A model generated the notes under the pieces. It saw nothing but the letters and a program-made list of their open reading frames with translations, was not told the DNA's origin and searched no databases. Below, in pieces: positions 46,941 to 56,537 of a stretch of DNA of 64,000 bases. Source of the stretch: Candidatus Micrarchaeota archaeon (GTDB lineage Archaea; Micrarchaeota; Micrarchaeia; Anstonellales; Bilamarchaeaceae); NCBI GenBank assembly GCA_043821365.1, contig JBDRCX010000006.1, forward strand, positions 32,001 to 96,000. Reading direction: 5' to 3'. How positions within the stretch are numbered: position 1 is the stretch's first letter; every line of letters starts with the position of its first letter. Both the position numbers and the translations under genes were made by a program.

Positions 46941-46964
46941 AGTACTATGGTGACATATGTCACC
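46938..46964. promoter_or_regulatory. Two abutting perfect palindromes (12 bp and 16 bp) between the TATA-like box and the start codon
   Basis: CATAGTACTATG (46938-46949) and GGTGACATATGTCACC (46949-46964); ATATTTAAAT on the minus strand at 46971-46980. Confidence 0.6.
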
Positions 46965-47076
46965 AACATTATTTAAATATGCCCAGAGCGTAATAGTTTC
47001 AGGAAGTTTGAAAAGGGAAAATCAAACAAATTAGGTGGGGAGGATTATGATTACACATATTAGATTTAGCGTAAGC

Positions 47077-47115
47077 CAACTACGACCCCCAGGGGGGAAA
47101 ATAAACTTAAAGAAT
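47077..47115 (+). promoter_or_regulatory. Conserved upstream motif (copy 2)
   Basis: CAACTACGACCCCCAGGGGGGAAAATAAACTTAAAG. Confidence 0.65.
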
Positions 47116-47155
47116 AACATCTGGTGCAGTTATAAACAACAAAAAGGCGAGGATT

Positions 47156-48748
47156 ATGGATAATCTGACTACTAACGAGCTTGAGAAGAAATGGAATAGC
47201 TCTTGCAAGCTAATCTTCAATCAAGAAATCGGAGATATGAACAGTTATGAACACTGGCTTACTGAACTTGTTGAACCTATTAATTATCACAAATCAAGCC
47301 TTTCTGGAAAAGACGTCATATCTGCACCAAACGGGTACTCTAAAGAATCAAAATGGCTTGCTTTCGATGAAGTTGATTTTAACAAGAAGTTCGAACCATT
47401 GAATATCAATGAAATTAAAGATATTGATTCATTAGTTCAAGCAATTTCAGAAAGATGGTACTACTCTGGAAACATATTTTTTGGGAATTCAGCATATATT
47501 GAAAAAAGCTCTAACATAAACGACAGTTTTTACATTTTCAAGAGTGCAAGATTCGGGAATTCAAAATATCTTGCCCATTGCACAATAGGAAGACAAAACC
47601 AGGAATGTTTTGGTTGTAATGTAATCAGTGAATCAAAAAACTGTATTAAGTGTTATAGGTCTTTCCGTAATTCACGTTCATTTGAGCTTTGGATGAGCCA
47701 GAATTGCTCTGGATGTTACTACTCATTTGGATTGAATGGTTGTATTGATTGTATATTTTGCTTTAATGTTGAGAGCAGAAGACAATCCATAGGAAATCTA
47801 ACGCTTGAACGTGATAAGTACATTAGCATAAAGAGTAAGTTACTAGAAGAAATAGCAGAAAAACTGCAAAAAGATCGTAGACTCATTTCCTTATTAGAGA
47901 TAATTGACAAAGTTCCGCATAAAGGCCTTAGATTTAGTAATAAAGATGGTATAAACGAACGAAATAATATAAATAAAAACAAAATTGAAAATGCATTTTC
48001 ACAAACAACCAGCACATTATTTAGTAAAAAACTTGAAGGCATTGATGATTATTCAGATTATTTAAACAGACATATAAGAATAACAAAAAAATACTCATCA
48101 GCATTTAGTGGAGATGATCTTTTCATACCAGATTATGCAAATTATTCCAGATTACCTAAAGAAAGACTGCTTAGTTCAGGTGAGGCACACACTCATAGTA
48201 AGACGGTCCAGATAAAACCAAACGACCTAGAAAACCTAAACTTAGACAATGTGCATGAAAAAATAGGTAGGATGTGTTTTTTCAATGCTGAGATGTTTGA
48301 AGGCACGAATTTGAATATGATTGAATGTGCAGTATCTGTTGATTCAGCAGATTGTTATCGGAGTTCAGTAACAGAATACTCGAAACACTGCGGGTATTCA
48401 TTCTGGCCAAGAAGTTCCCAGTATCTGTTTGGTTGTGATTCGCCTTTTGATTCAAGTTTTTGTATTAACTGTTATTCATGCACTTCACTTATACGATGTT
48501 TTGAAGTAGACTGTAGCGGCTACTGTTCAGATCTTTATTTTGGGCATAATTGCGAAAACGTTAGAGATAGCATGTTTTGTTTTAATGTCAAAAATCTCAG
48601 AAATGCAATTGGGAATGTACCACTACAATCTGATTCTTACAAAAAAATCAAAGTAATGCTTCAGAACCAGATTCATGATGAATTACAATCAAAAAAATTC
48701 TTAGAATGGGATATTTACTCCCTGAATAGAGGTGGCAGACATGGCTAA
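47156..48748 (+). CDS. Cys-rich repeat protein family, fused A-B
   Basis: FEPLNINEIKDIDS; IENAFSQTTSTLFSKKLEGIDDY; HNCENVRDSMFCFNVKN. Confidence 0.88.
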   Translation: MDNLTTNELEKKWNSSCKLIFNQEIGDMNSYEHWLTELVEPINYHKSSLSGKDVISAPNGYSKESKWLAFDEVDFNKKFEPLNINEIKDIDSLVQAISERWYYSGNIFFGNSAYIEKSSNINDSFYIFKSARFGNSKYLAHCTIGRQNQECFGCNVISESKNCIKCYRSFRNSRSFELWMSQNCSGCYYSFGLNGCIDCIFCFNVESRRQSIGNLTLERDKYISIKSKLLEEIAEKLQKDRRLISLLEIIDKVPHKGLRFSNKDGINERNNINKNKIENAFSQTTSTLFSKKLEGIDDYSDYLNRHIRITKKYSSAFSGDDLFIPDYANYSRLPKERLLSSGEAHTHSKTVQIKPNDLENLNLDNVHEKIGRMCFFNAEMFEGTNLNMIECAVSVDSADCYRSSVTEYSKHCGYSFWPRSSQYLFGCDSPFDSSFCINCYSCTSLIRCFEVDCSGYCSDLYFGHNCENVRDSMFCFNVKNLRNAIGNVPLQSDSYKKIKVMLQNQIHDELQSKKFLEWDIYSLNRGGRHG

Positions 48749-48974
48749 ACAGTTATCGTCTTCATGCATACGACAACAGGATAAATATGCTGAAAGAGCA
48801 AGTTTACAAATGGGAAAGAAAACTTGGGAAACAAATAAACAGCCAGTTTTGGACCTTATCTTTTCGATGAGTTTTTGGGTACCTTTTTCCAAAAAAGGTA
48901 CAAAACCGCTCTACAGCGGCACTAGAGATATATATTTCAAAAAAGAGATAGTTGGTGTGGGAATATGGAAGTAA
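48741..48974 (+). CDS. Small hypothetical ORF containing a hairpin element
   Basis: GAGGTG SD before ATG 48741; overlaps both neighbours; spans the hairpin at 48879-48901. Confidence 0.4.
   Translation: MAKQLSSSCIRQQDKYAERASLQMGKKTWETNKQPVLDLIFSMSFWVPFSKKGTKPLYSGTRDIYFKKEIVGVGIWK
48872..48905. repeat. Copy of the tRNA D-loop hairpin element
   Basis: TTTTTGG-GTACCTTTTT-CCA-AAAAAGGTAC. Confidence 0.65.
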
Positions 48975-51109
48975 GAGAAATACACCTCTACTCGGAAAAA
49001 GTAGAGGATAATGATGTTAAGAATCTGTTCAACCAGGTTACCAAATCTAGGTTTCCACTATTTGGACTGATAGATCTGTCTAATATTTTCTCTCCTAATG
49101 CCCTTACGCTAGTAGTTAAAAGGAATATAAATACAGTAAAATTCTATGCAAAGGAAAAAGATTGCCTCCAGAATATCTCTCCACTAATTTTTCCATACAG
49201 AATGTGTGATCCAAGCTTGCTGAAGCTTTCTGGGGGCTCTTATTTCCCTTTTCCAAGAATGTACATCATCAATGGTGCAACCCATGATCTGCTTGACTTT
49301 ATACTAAAAGAAAAGATAGAACAAATGACATTAAACGTAACAAAAGTCATGGGACAGTTCATTGCAAACGGAACAGTAGTATGTGAAAATGGACAAAAAG
49401 GGATGTTCACTGTGCTAGCACCTCAAAAATTCCTTACGATTAATCTTGAGAAAAACCCATCAATTTACATTGAACTCCTTGAGCCATTGCCAAAACAAAT
49501 ATATGTAAGCTCAAAATTCCCTGTTTTTGAAGAAACCGGAATTACTATGGGTGTGGATAACTACGACCCATTACAACACACAATAATAGCAGGAACTTCT
49601 GGTTCAGGAAAAAGTAAAGGGCTTTTTGTGTTGTTAAAAGCATTAGAAGCAAAGTACAAAGACGGTGCACGGGTGGTTGTGGTTGACCCACATGGGGAAT
49701 TTGCAAGACTGTTCCCTCATGCCAAAGTTATAGATTTCATAAAAAATTATGTTGAGCCACTAGACGTAGGAAAAGATAAATCCCCAATGCTGACCCAGTT
49801 GGTCTCACAATTAATTACCTCTTCGATAGGGCAAGAAAACAAATATTCAGAACGTGTATTGTTTTATACTGTTCACCTTCTCTCATCAATCAATAAACTT
49901 GACCTTAACAATATAAGCCTACTTTTAACAGACTCATCAGTAAAGGCAGAATATGTCAGCATGTGTGATAATGATGAGGTAAAAAGATTCTTTGATGAAG
50001 AATACAATGACATACACATCCACCATTTCAACAATGCTATTCTTCCAATTTTGAACTTTATTGGGGAGTACCAATTGTATTTAGGAAAGGAGAAAAAACG
50101 AGAGGGGCTTTTGGAATCCATCCAACAGAACAGAATAACTGTAGTTGCATTTGACCCCAAATTCTTCGGAAGAAGAATGATTAGTTTCCTTGCTGGAGCA
50201 GTTATCAATCAGATGTATATTCTAGCAATTACAGGAAAACTCCAAGAAAAACCAACTGTTTTGGTTGTTGATGAATTCCCAAGAGTGGAAACAAGAGTAA
50301 CCAAGGACATTCTTTCAGAAACAAGAAAATTCAATTTATTCGCATACCTATCATGCCAGTATTTGGGCCAGCTGAGCAAAGAAGTTCTTGATTCAATTGT
50401 ATCAAATGCAAGAAACATAATTGCATTTAAGATAAATAAACAAGATGCTGCAATGCTCAGCTCAATCATGGAAATAAAGGTCGAGGAATACTTCAAAAAG
50501 AGCAGAGCAACAACTGAACTTGAAGAGTCTAAAAAAGAGATGTTTGTACGTTTACACCAGAGAGAGTGCATTGTCAGATTATTTGATGGTGTCAAATATC
50601 TTTTACCAATGAAACTAAAGATTGTTGATGCAAAAAAGTGGGGGCTGAGAGAAGGGACAGTACCTTACGTTGAAAGAGATCCACCACCAGAGGCACCAGG
50701 AGTGCCAAGATCAAAACCAATGACAAATGCATTCCAAGGACAAGAACCTCAAGAAAGCGAAAAACCACAAATGACACCAGCAGGACCATTACCAAGAATG
50801 TCTGTTTCGCAACAGCAGGGAATACCAGGAGCACCACCAATTGACAATGACACTGGACTGTATTGTGTAGCTGAAGAAGGAGAAACACCACCAGAAGAAG
50901 AAAAAGAAGAGAAACCAGCATTACCAGAACCAATGACTGAGAGTCCATGGTTGCAAGAAACACCAGATGCGATATACCAATTGGAAAAAGCAAAACTTAA
51001 TGGTGTTATAAAAGATATGCCAAAACAACCTAAAGAAACAGAAGATACAGATAAAAAACCAGAAGAGAAAAAACACAAAAAATCAAAAAAACCTAAGAAG
51101 AAAGAGTGA
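48965..51109 (+). CDS. HerA/FtsK/VirD4-like (DUF87-type) P-loop ATPase with a low-complexity C-tail
   Basis: Walker A GTSGSGKS, VVVVDPHGEF, Walker B VLVVDEF, ILSETRKFN..CQYLGQL. Confidence 0.85.
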   Translation: MEVREIHLYSEKVEDNDVKNLFNQVTKSRFPLFGLIDLSNIFSPNALTLVVKRNINTVKFYAKEKDCLQNISPLIFPYRMCDPSLLKLSGGSYFPFPRMYIINGATHDLLDFILKEKIEQMTLNVTKVMGQFIANGTVVCENGQKGMFTVLAPQKFLTINLEKNPSIYIELLEPLPKQIYVSSKFPVFEETGITMGVDNYDPLQHTIIAGTSGSGKSKGLFVLLKALEAKYKDGARVVVVDPHGEFARLFPHAKVIDFIKNYVEPLDVGKDKSPMLTQLVSQLITSSIGQENKYSERVLFYTVHLLSSINKLDLNNISLLLTDSSVKAEYVSMCDNDEVKRFFDEEYNDIHIHHFNNAILPILNFIGEYQLYLGKEKKREGLLESIQQNRITVVAFDPKFFGRRMISFLAGAVINQMYILAITGKLQEKPTVLVVDEFPRVETRVTKDILSETRKFNLFAYLSCQYLGQLSKEVLDSIVSNARNIIAFKINKQDAAMLSSIMEIKVEEYFKKSRATTELEESKKEMFVRLHQRECIVRLFDGVKYLLPMKLKIVDAKKWGLREGTVPYVERDPPPEAPGVPRSKPMTNAFQGQEPQESEKPQMTPAGPLPRMSVSQQQGIPGAPPIDNDTGLYCVAEEGETPPEEEKEEKPALPEPMTESPWLQETPDAIYQLEKAKLNGVIKDMPKQPKETEDTDKKPEEKKHKKSKKPKKKE

Positions 51110-52667
51110 ACACGCTCCACTTCAAACTTTTATTATTTTCTAGTTTTTGGTTTATTTCATCTAAAACCATTTTTTTAATTTTAAGATACCTCTCTTTACC
51201 AACCTCAACATTGCCTATAGCGTACCGTTTATTCTTTAGATTAAAACAGAACAGACAATTCGACAAACTTTCGCAGTTATGGCAGAATAATGAATCTGAG
51301 CAATCCCTGCAATTATCCATTTCAAAACATCTTGATAATTTTTGAGAATGATAACAATTGATACAGAAATTAGAATCGAAAATAGTATCAAATCCAAAGC
51401 AATTATTGGAATCCTTGGGCCACATACCACAAGCACAGTATTTTGACCTCACTACGGCAGATGCCTTGTAACAATGTGCTGCTCCAACAGTGACCGTAGA
51501 CTCGATAAAATTCTCAACTTTGCCCTCTCTAATATCAACAGTAAAATAGGATATTTTTCCAATATTTTCATGTGCATTTTCCAAACTTAATTTTTCGACT
51601 TCGTCTAGGTTAAATTTCACAGACTCGCCAATCTGTCTAGCCTCACCCATTGTAACAACAATATCCTCTGGGAGGGCCTCAAGTGCAATAACATAGGGTA
51701 GCATAAGTAGTCTTTTTCCACTGATGGCAGATTTTCTTTCCTCTATTTTATGTGCATGCCTATAGAGCCAATCATGATACTCGTCGATATCCTTTAGTCT
51801 TTTTCCAAAAATTACTGCCGATGTATTTGTAAATGCATTTTCAACTATTTCCTTATTTTCAGAATATTTTTCTTCATCAAGTGGAGGTAAATTTGGCTTT
51901 TGTAATTTGCCTTTTTTAACAATATCAAGCAAAGAAGGCAATGATTTGTTCTTTTTTAGTTCATCAACCATTTGTTCACAGAGGGATTTTTTTATTGAGA
52001 AATATTTTTCTTTGTCGATTTCCAGATTCCCTATGCAGTATCTTTTATTTTTTAAGTGGAAAGAAAAAAGACAGTTGGAACAACCAGTTAGGTTTGATAC
52101 ATAATAACAATCTGAACAGTTCTGAGCAGACCAAATTTCAAACGAACGTTTAACAGAAAATGTCTGAGTACAACGAATACAGAATTCTGTTTCTCCTGGG
52201 CCATGGACTCCAAAACAATTGTTGCTATCCCTACCAACAGTGCAGTAAGCAAGATATTTTGAATTTATAAATTGGGCTGAATCAGTTACATAAAAACAAT
52301 CAGTAAGATTACAACTTCTTTCTACATGGCTTGAGTTACCAAGAACAGTATTACCACAGTAATAAGCCCTATCCGAAACCGCTTGTATAAGAGAATCAAT
52401 ATCTTTAATTTCGTTAATATCCAATGGTTCGAACTTCTTGTTAAAATCAACTTCATCGAAACTTATCCACTTGGAATTTGGATAATACTCCTTTATTGAA
52501 AATGCAACTTCTTTCCCAGATAGGGTTGATTTTCTGATTAGGTTTGAATCGATAAGACCAGAAAGCCATTTTGAATATTCTTCAAGCTCACCAATCTCTT
52601 CGCCAAATAATAGTTTTGTAGTTTTTTTCCATGATTGATTCAGTATATTATACGTTTCTGATGACAT
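51093..52667 (-). CDS. Cys-rich repeat protein family, fused A-B
   Basis: WKKTTKLLFGEEIG; FEPLDINEIKDIDS; VENAFTNTSAVIFGKRLKDIDEY. Confidence 0.88.
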   Translation of the reverse strand: MSSETYNILNQSWKKTTKLLFGEEIGELEEYSKWLSGLIDSNLIRKSTLSGKEVAFSIKEYYPNSKWISFDEVDFNKKFEPLDINEIKDIDSLIQAVSDRAYYCGNTVLGNSSHVERSCNLTDCFYVTDSAQFINSKYLAYCTVGRDSNNCFGVHGPGETEFCIRCTQTFSVKRSFEIWSAQNCSDCYYVSNLTGCSNCLFSFHLKNKRYCIGNLEIDKEKYFSIKKSLCEQMVDELKKNKSLPSLLDIVKKGKLQKPNLPPLDEEKYSENKEIVENAFTNTSAVIFGKRLKDIDEYHDWLYRHAHKIEERKSAISGKRLLMLPYVIALEALPEDIVVTMGEARQIGESVKFNLDEVEKLSLENAHENIGKISYFTVDIREGKVENFIESTVTVGAAHCYKASAVVRSKYCACGMWPKDSNNCFGFDTIFDSNFCINCYHSQKLSRCFEMDNCRDCSDSLFCHNCESLSNCLFCFNLKNKRYAIGNVEVGKERYLKIKKMVLDEINQKLENNKSLKWSVFTLSS

Positions 52668-52668
52668 G

Positions 52669-53442
52669 CTATTTTTTACCCCCCAAATTGTAGATGTTCA
52701 GAACAAGCTTTTTTTCATTTTCTATTTTTTCTGCAATTTCACTCACAATCATTTTCTTTATTCTAAGGTACTCCTCCTTTCCAACTTCCACATTCATTAT
52801 AGCATATCTAAGCGATTTTGCATTAAAACAGAACATACAATTGTTCAAATTCTCGCAGTTATGGCAAAAGTAGCAATCAGTACAGTTGCTACAATCGCTT
52901 AATTCAAAGCACCTTGCTAGTTTTACGGAATTATAACATTTGATAGAAAAATTTGAAGCAAATAAAAAGTGGGAACCAAAACAATATTCTGATTCTCTTG
53001 GCCAAAAACAGTAAGCATCACATTTTGAATAGATATACCAGACTCCATCTAAACAATGTTGGGCATGCATACAGGTGGATGTTTTTTGAAGGTCTTGATT
53101 CTGGCCAAGCATGACATCAGAAGTTACATAGTTTATTTCTTGTAATTTTTCTGAGGCATTAGATAGGGTTAATGTCTTTGCACCATGTTCTGAGATTTGT
53201 TTTTTACCAAGTTCAAGTGATTCTTCTAAAGTAACAAGATTCTTTTTTATGGAATTGAAGAAGAGGATATCTGGCACGTAGACAATCTTGTCACTTACCT
53301 GGGATTTGGTATGGAGTGCTTTGTTTACATTTTCTAAAAGCCAATTTCGATAGCTTTCCAAATTAGTCAATTTTCTACCGAAAATAATTGAAGTGGTTTC
53401 CTGAAAGGCTTTTTCAATTTCCAAATTACCCATGCACATCAC
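52669..53442 (-). CDS. Cys-rich repeat protein family, module B
   Basis: IEKAFQETTSIIFGRKLTNLESYRNWL; CHNCENLNNCMFCFN. Confidence 0.88.
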   Translation of the reverse strand: MMCMGNLEIEKAFQETTSIIFGRKLTNLESYRNWLLENVNKALHTKSQVSDKIVYVPDILFFNSIKKNLVTLEESLELGKKQISEHGAKTLTLSNASEKLQEINYVTSDVMLGQNQDLQKTSTCMHAQHCLDGVWYIYSKCDAYCFWPRESEYCFGSHFLFASNFSIKCYNSVKLARCFELSDCSNCTDCYFCHNCENLNNCMFCFNAKSLRYAIMNVEVGKEEYLRIKKMIVSEIAEKIENEKKLVLNIYNLGGKK

Positions 53443-54196
53443 CGTTAATTATATCTATCAATGATGGAAGTTTCTTTCTTGCTTTCAGAATCTCACGCAT
53501 TTCACCAATGAGTTTTTCCTTTAATTTATGGTATTCTTCAGGACTAAATTGGTGGTTTCCGATCATATAACTTTTATTTCTTTGATTGAAAGAAAACATA
53601 CAATTGGTGCAATTTTCCAGACTTCCTGTAAAATAACAATCTGATGCAACATAGTTTCTGATGGTTTCCAAGCATCGGACATTTTTGTAGGTTTCAAAGG
53701 TTTTGATATTAAACTTACTCCCTTCACCAATTGCATTACCACCAAAGATGTACTCTGCAAATCTTAGAACTGATGAGTATGCGACAAATTTACAATCATA
53801 AACATCTTGGGTTTTATAAATAAATGAGGAATTGATGCACCTATTAGAGACCTGAACTTCACGGGAGTTACCAAGAACAACATTACCAATATAATATGCT
53901 TTTTCATTAACAGCTTCAATAATGGAATCAATATCTTTGATTTTGTTTATATCATATTTTTGCTTGCCAATTGTGTTCATATATTGATCAATTTCATCAA
54001 GGCTTAGGAATTTGGCCCCTGGAGCAACTTTTTCAGATGATACAATAACTTCTTTCCCAGATAAGGCGGATTTTTTCATACCAAATGGATCAACATATCT
54101 TAGAAGCCATGTCTCGTATTCACCAAGGTTGCCAAGTTCTTCTCCAAATAGCACCTTGGATGTTTTTTTCCATGCAACATTAATATCAGAATTCAT
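53426..54196 (-). CDS. Cys-rich repeat protein family, module A
   Basis: AWKKTSKVLFGEELG; INKIKDIDS; GNVVLGNS. Confidence 0.88.
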   Translation of the reverse strand: MNSDINVAWKKTSKVLFGEELGNLGEYETWLLRYVDPFGMKKSALSGKEVIVSSEKVAPGAKFLSLDEIDQYMNTIGKQKYDINKIKDIDSIIEAVNEKAYYIGNVVLGNSREVQVSNRCINSSFIYKTQDVYDCKFVAYSSVLRFAEYIFGGNAIGEGSKFNIKTFETYKNVRCLETIRNYVASDCYFTGSLENCTNCMFSFNQRNKSYMIGNHQFSPEEYHKLKEKLIGEMREILKARKKLPSLIDIINGDVHG

Positions 54197-54984
54197 TATT
54201 GCTGCCCCACATTAAAAATATTCAAACTAAGTCGTTTGTCTTTTTCTAGTTTTTTTGTAAGTTCTTCAAGAACTTTTTGTTTTATTTCGAGGTATTTTTC
54301 TTTACCGACTTCGATATTGGCAATTGCGTACCTCTTTGCTTTTACATTAAAACAAAACATGCAGTTATTCAGATTTTCACAATTATGACAGAACAGTGAA
54401 TCAGTACAATTGCTACAGTCACTCATTTCAAAGCAACGATTAAGGTTTTCAGAATTGTAACACTTGATACAGAATTGAGAGGAAAAAGTGTAGAAAGTAC
54501 CAATATTGTAATCTGATTGCCTTGGCCAAAAACAATAGAAACAATATTTGGAACGGACAAGAGCAACACACTTGTAACTATAATGAGATGAATAGTAAAA
54601 ATCACAATCAATAAGATTGCTGCACTCACCATAGCGAGTATTTGGAGTGGTGGTGGATAATTTTGCCAAAAGATTTTTAGCAGTGGAAAAGGTTAGTTGG
54701 TTTAGTTCATCATCAGAAAGATGGTTTTTTCCGTGGGTAAAATAGGCTTCTTCTATGGTAAGTATGTTGTGTTTTATGTCTCGATAAAAATCAAATGGTG
54801 GAAGGTATATTTTTTCACCACTAATAAGTGATTTGCCATATTCATTCGTTGATACATTTTCAGTTAGCCAATCTTCATAATCTTTGAAATTACAAAGTTT
54901 TTTGCCTAGAACAATCGAAGTAATGGTCTGAAAAGATTTTTCAAGATCAGATTCTAGTTTATCCATTCCAATCACCTTTCCCAC
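54196..54984 (-). CDS. Cys-rich repeat protein family, module B
   Basis: LEKSFQTITSIVLGKKL..FKDYEDWL; CHNCENLNNCMFCFN. Confidence 0.88.
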   Translation of the reverse strand: MGKVIGMDKLESDLEKSFQTITSIVLGKKLCNFKDYEDWLTENVSTNEYGKSLISGEKIYLPPFDFYRDIKHNILTIEEAYFTHGKNHLSDDELNQLTFSTAKNLLAKLSTTTPNTRYGECSNLIDCDFYYSSHYSYKCVALVRSKYCFYCFWPRQSDYNIGTFYTFSSQFCIKCYNSENLNRCFEMSDCSNCTDSLFCHNCENLNNCMFCFNVKAKRYAIANIEVGKEKYLEIKQKVLEELTKKLEKDKRLSLNIFNVGQQ

Positions 54985-55756
54985 TTATTATCTCTATTAT
55001 CGAGGGAAGTTTCTTCTTTCTTTTAAGTTCATCGGCAAATTCACCAACTAATTTTGATTTCAGTTCAGCATATTTATCTTTAGTCAGCTGTATATTGCCA
55101 ATTAGATAGTTCTTATTTCTTTGATTAAATGAAAAGATACAGTTGGTACAGTCCTCAAGACTTGCAGAATAGAAACTATCAGATGCAACATTACAATGAT
55201 AGGTTTCCAAGCACCGGAGTTGTTTGTGCGGATCAAGGACTTTTATACAGAACTGAATCTCTCCACCAAAACAACAACCAAATGAGTACTCTGGACTGCG
55301 AATAGAAGTTGTATATGCAACGTATTTTCCATCATAAACATCCTGGCAACCCATGGCATAAACAGTATTAACGCAACGGTGTGAGTTTATCACATTGGTT
55401 GAATGTCCCAAAACAATATTTCCAGCATAACAGACTTTTTCTTTAGCTGCATGAATAATTGAATCAACATCTTTGATATCATTGATATTGAAGGGCATTG
55501 AAAACATTCTTTTTTCGTATTCATGCATTTCCTCATGACCTATCACTGGTGCTTGTTTTGGCACCCTATTGGATGAGATTGTAACATCATTGCCACTTAG
55601 AATGGATTTTCTTTTTACGATTGGGTCAGTATATGTTTTTAGATAATTTGTAAATTCTGATAGTTCACCAACTTCTTGACCAAGCAGAACCTTACAAGTG
55701 GATTTCCAAGATTTATTTAATTGATTAATAATCATAGCATCAGACATTAGGATCAC
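54959..55756 (-). CDS. Cys-rich repeat protein family, module A
   Basis: SWKSTCKVLLGQEVG; FNINDIKDVDS; GNIVLGHS. Confidence 0.88.
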   Translation of the reverse strand: MILMSDAMIINQLNKSWKSTCKVLLGQEVGELSEFTNYLKTYTDPIVKRKSILSGNDVTISSNRVPKQAPVIGHEEMHEYEKRMFSMPFNINDIKDVDSIIHAAKEKVCYAGNIVLGHSTNVINSHRCVNTVYAMGCQDVYDGKYVAYTTSIRSPEYSFGCCFGGEIQFCIKVLDPHKQLRCLETYHCNVASDSFYSASLEDCTNCIFSFNQRNKNYLIGNIQLTKDKYAELKSKLVGEFADELKRKKKLPSIIEIISGKGDWNG

Positions 55757-56537
55757 CTTTTCCTATTGAATAAATGTCAAAATTTACGGTTTTAGTTTTT
55801 GATAATTGATCGTTAATATGAGTAAGTAGAATTTTTTTCACACGCATATATTCTTCACGGCCAACTTCTATGTTTCCTATCGCATAGCGCTTATTTTTCA
55901 CATTAAAGCAAAACATGCAGTCGTTCAGACCTTCTGAATTATGACAGAATAGAATATCGCTTGAATGATAGCAACCATCAACTTCGAATGACCGGATAAC
56001 TTTAACTGAATTGTAAGCATGAATGCAGAATTGGGAATAGGGAGTATTATGGCAACCAAACATATTCTGAGAATACATTGGATAGTTGGAATATGCCACG
56101 TTTTTTATGCCGCCATAAAGGTCGTCACCGTAGTATAGATACATGCCATCCCCTGCACCACTGCATTTTTCAATGTTTGAAAATGTCTTCCATCTGAAAT
56201 TACCGATGGCATAGGCAACTGGTTTTACAATCCTGTTTACCATGTCTTTTATGTCAGAATCCTTTATCTCATCATAAATGAATTTAGTATGATTTACTTT
56301 GTCCATTTCTTCCATGGAAATAGATCTTTTGCTTGAAATTTTTCTCCCCATAAAATTTAGAGTTGGGAAGTTCCAAACCTCAACATCACTAACTGCAGAT
56401 TTAGCTGGATGGGGGAGTGGAACATATTTACCAAGCCAGGGACCATAATCATCAATACCAACTAGTGGTTTGCCAAGTAAAAGGTTAGATGTACTAGAAA
56501 ATTCCTTTTCTAATTCAGGCCAGACCATATTAGGCAC
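55740..56537 (-). CDS. Cys-rich repeat protein family, module B
   Basis: LEKEFSSTSNLLLGKPLVGIDDYGPWL; CHNSEGLNDCMFCFN. Confidence 0.88.
   Translation of the reverse strand: MPNMVWPELEKEFSSTSNLLLGKPLVGIDDYGPWLGKYVPLPHPAKSAVSDVEVWNFPTLNFMGRKISSKRSISMEEMDKVNHTKFIYDEIKDSDIKDMVNRIVKPVAYAIGNFRWKTFSNIEKCSGAGDGMYLYYGDDLYGGIKNVAYSNYPMYSQNMFGCHNTPYSQFCIHAYNSVKVIRSFEVDGCYHSSDILFCHNSEGLNDCMFCFNVKNKRYAIGNIEVGREEYMRVKKILLTHINDQLSKTKTVNFDIYSIGKGDPNV

Noticed and set aside
47047-47163. 38-aa ORF with GGAGG SD upstream of the 47156 gene
   Set aside because: It runs through the conserved promoter motif, has no counterpart at 42902 and has no recognisable features
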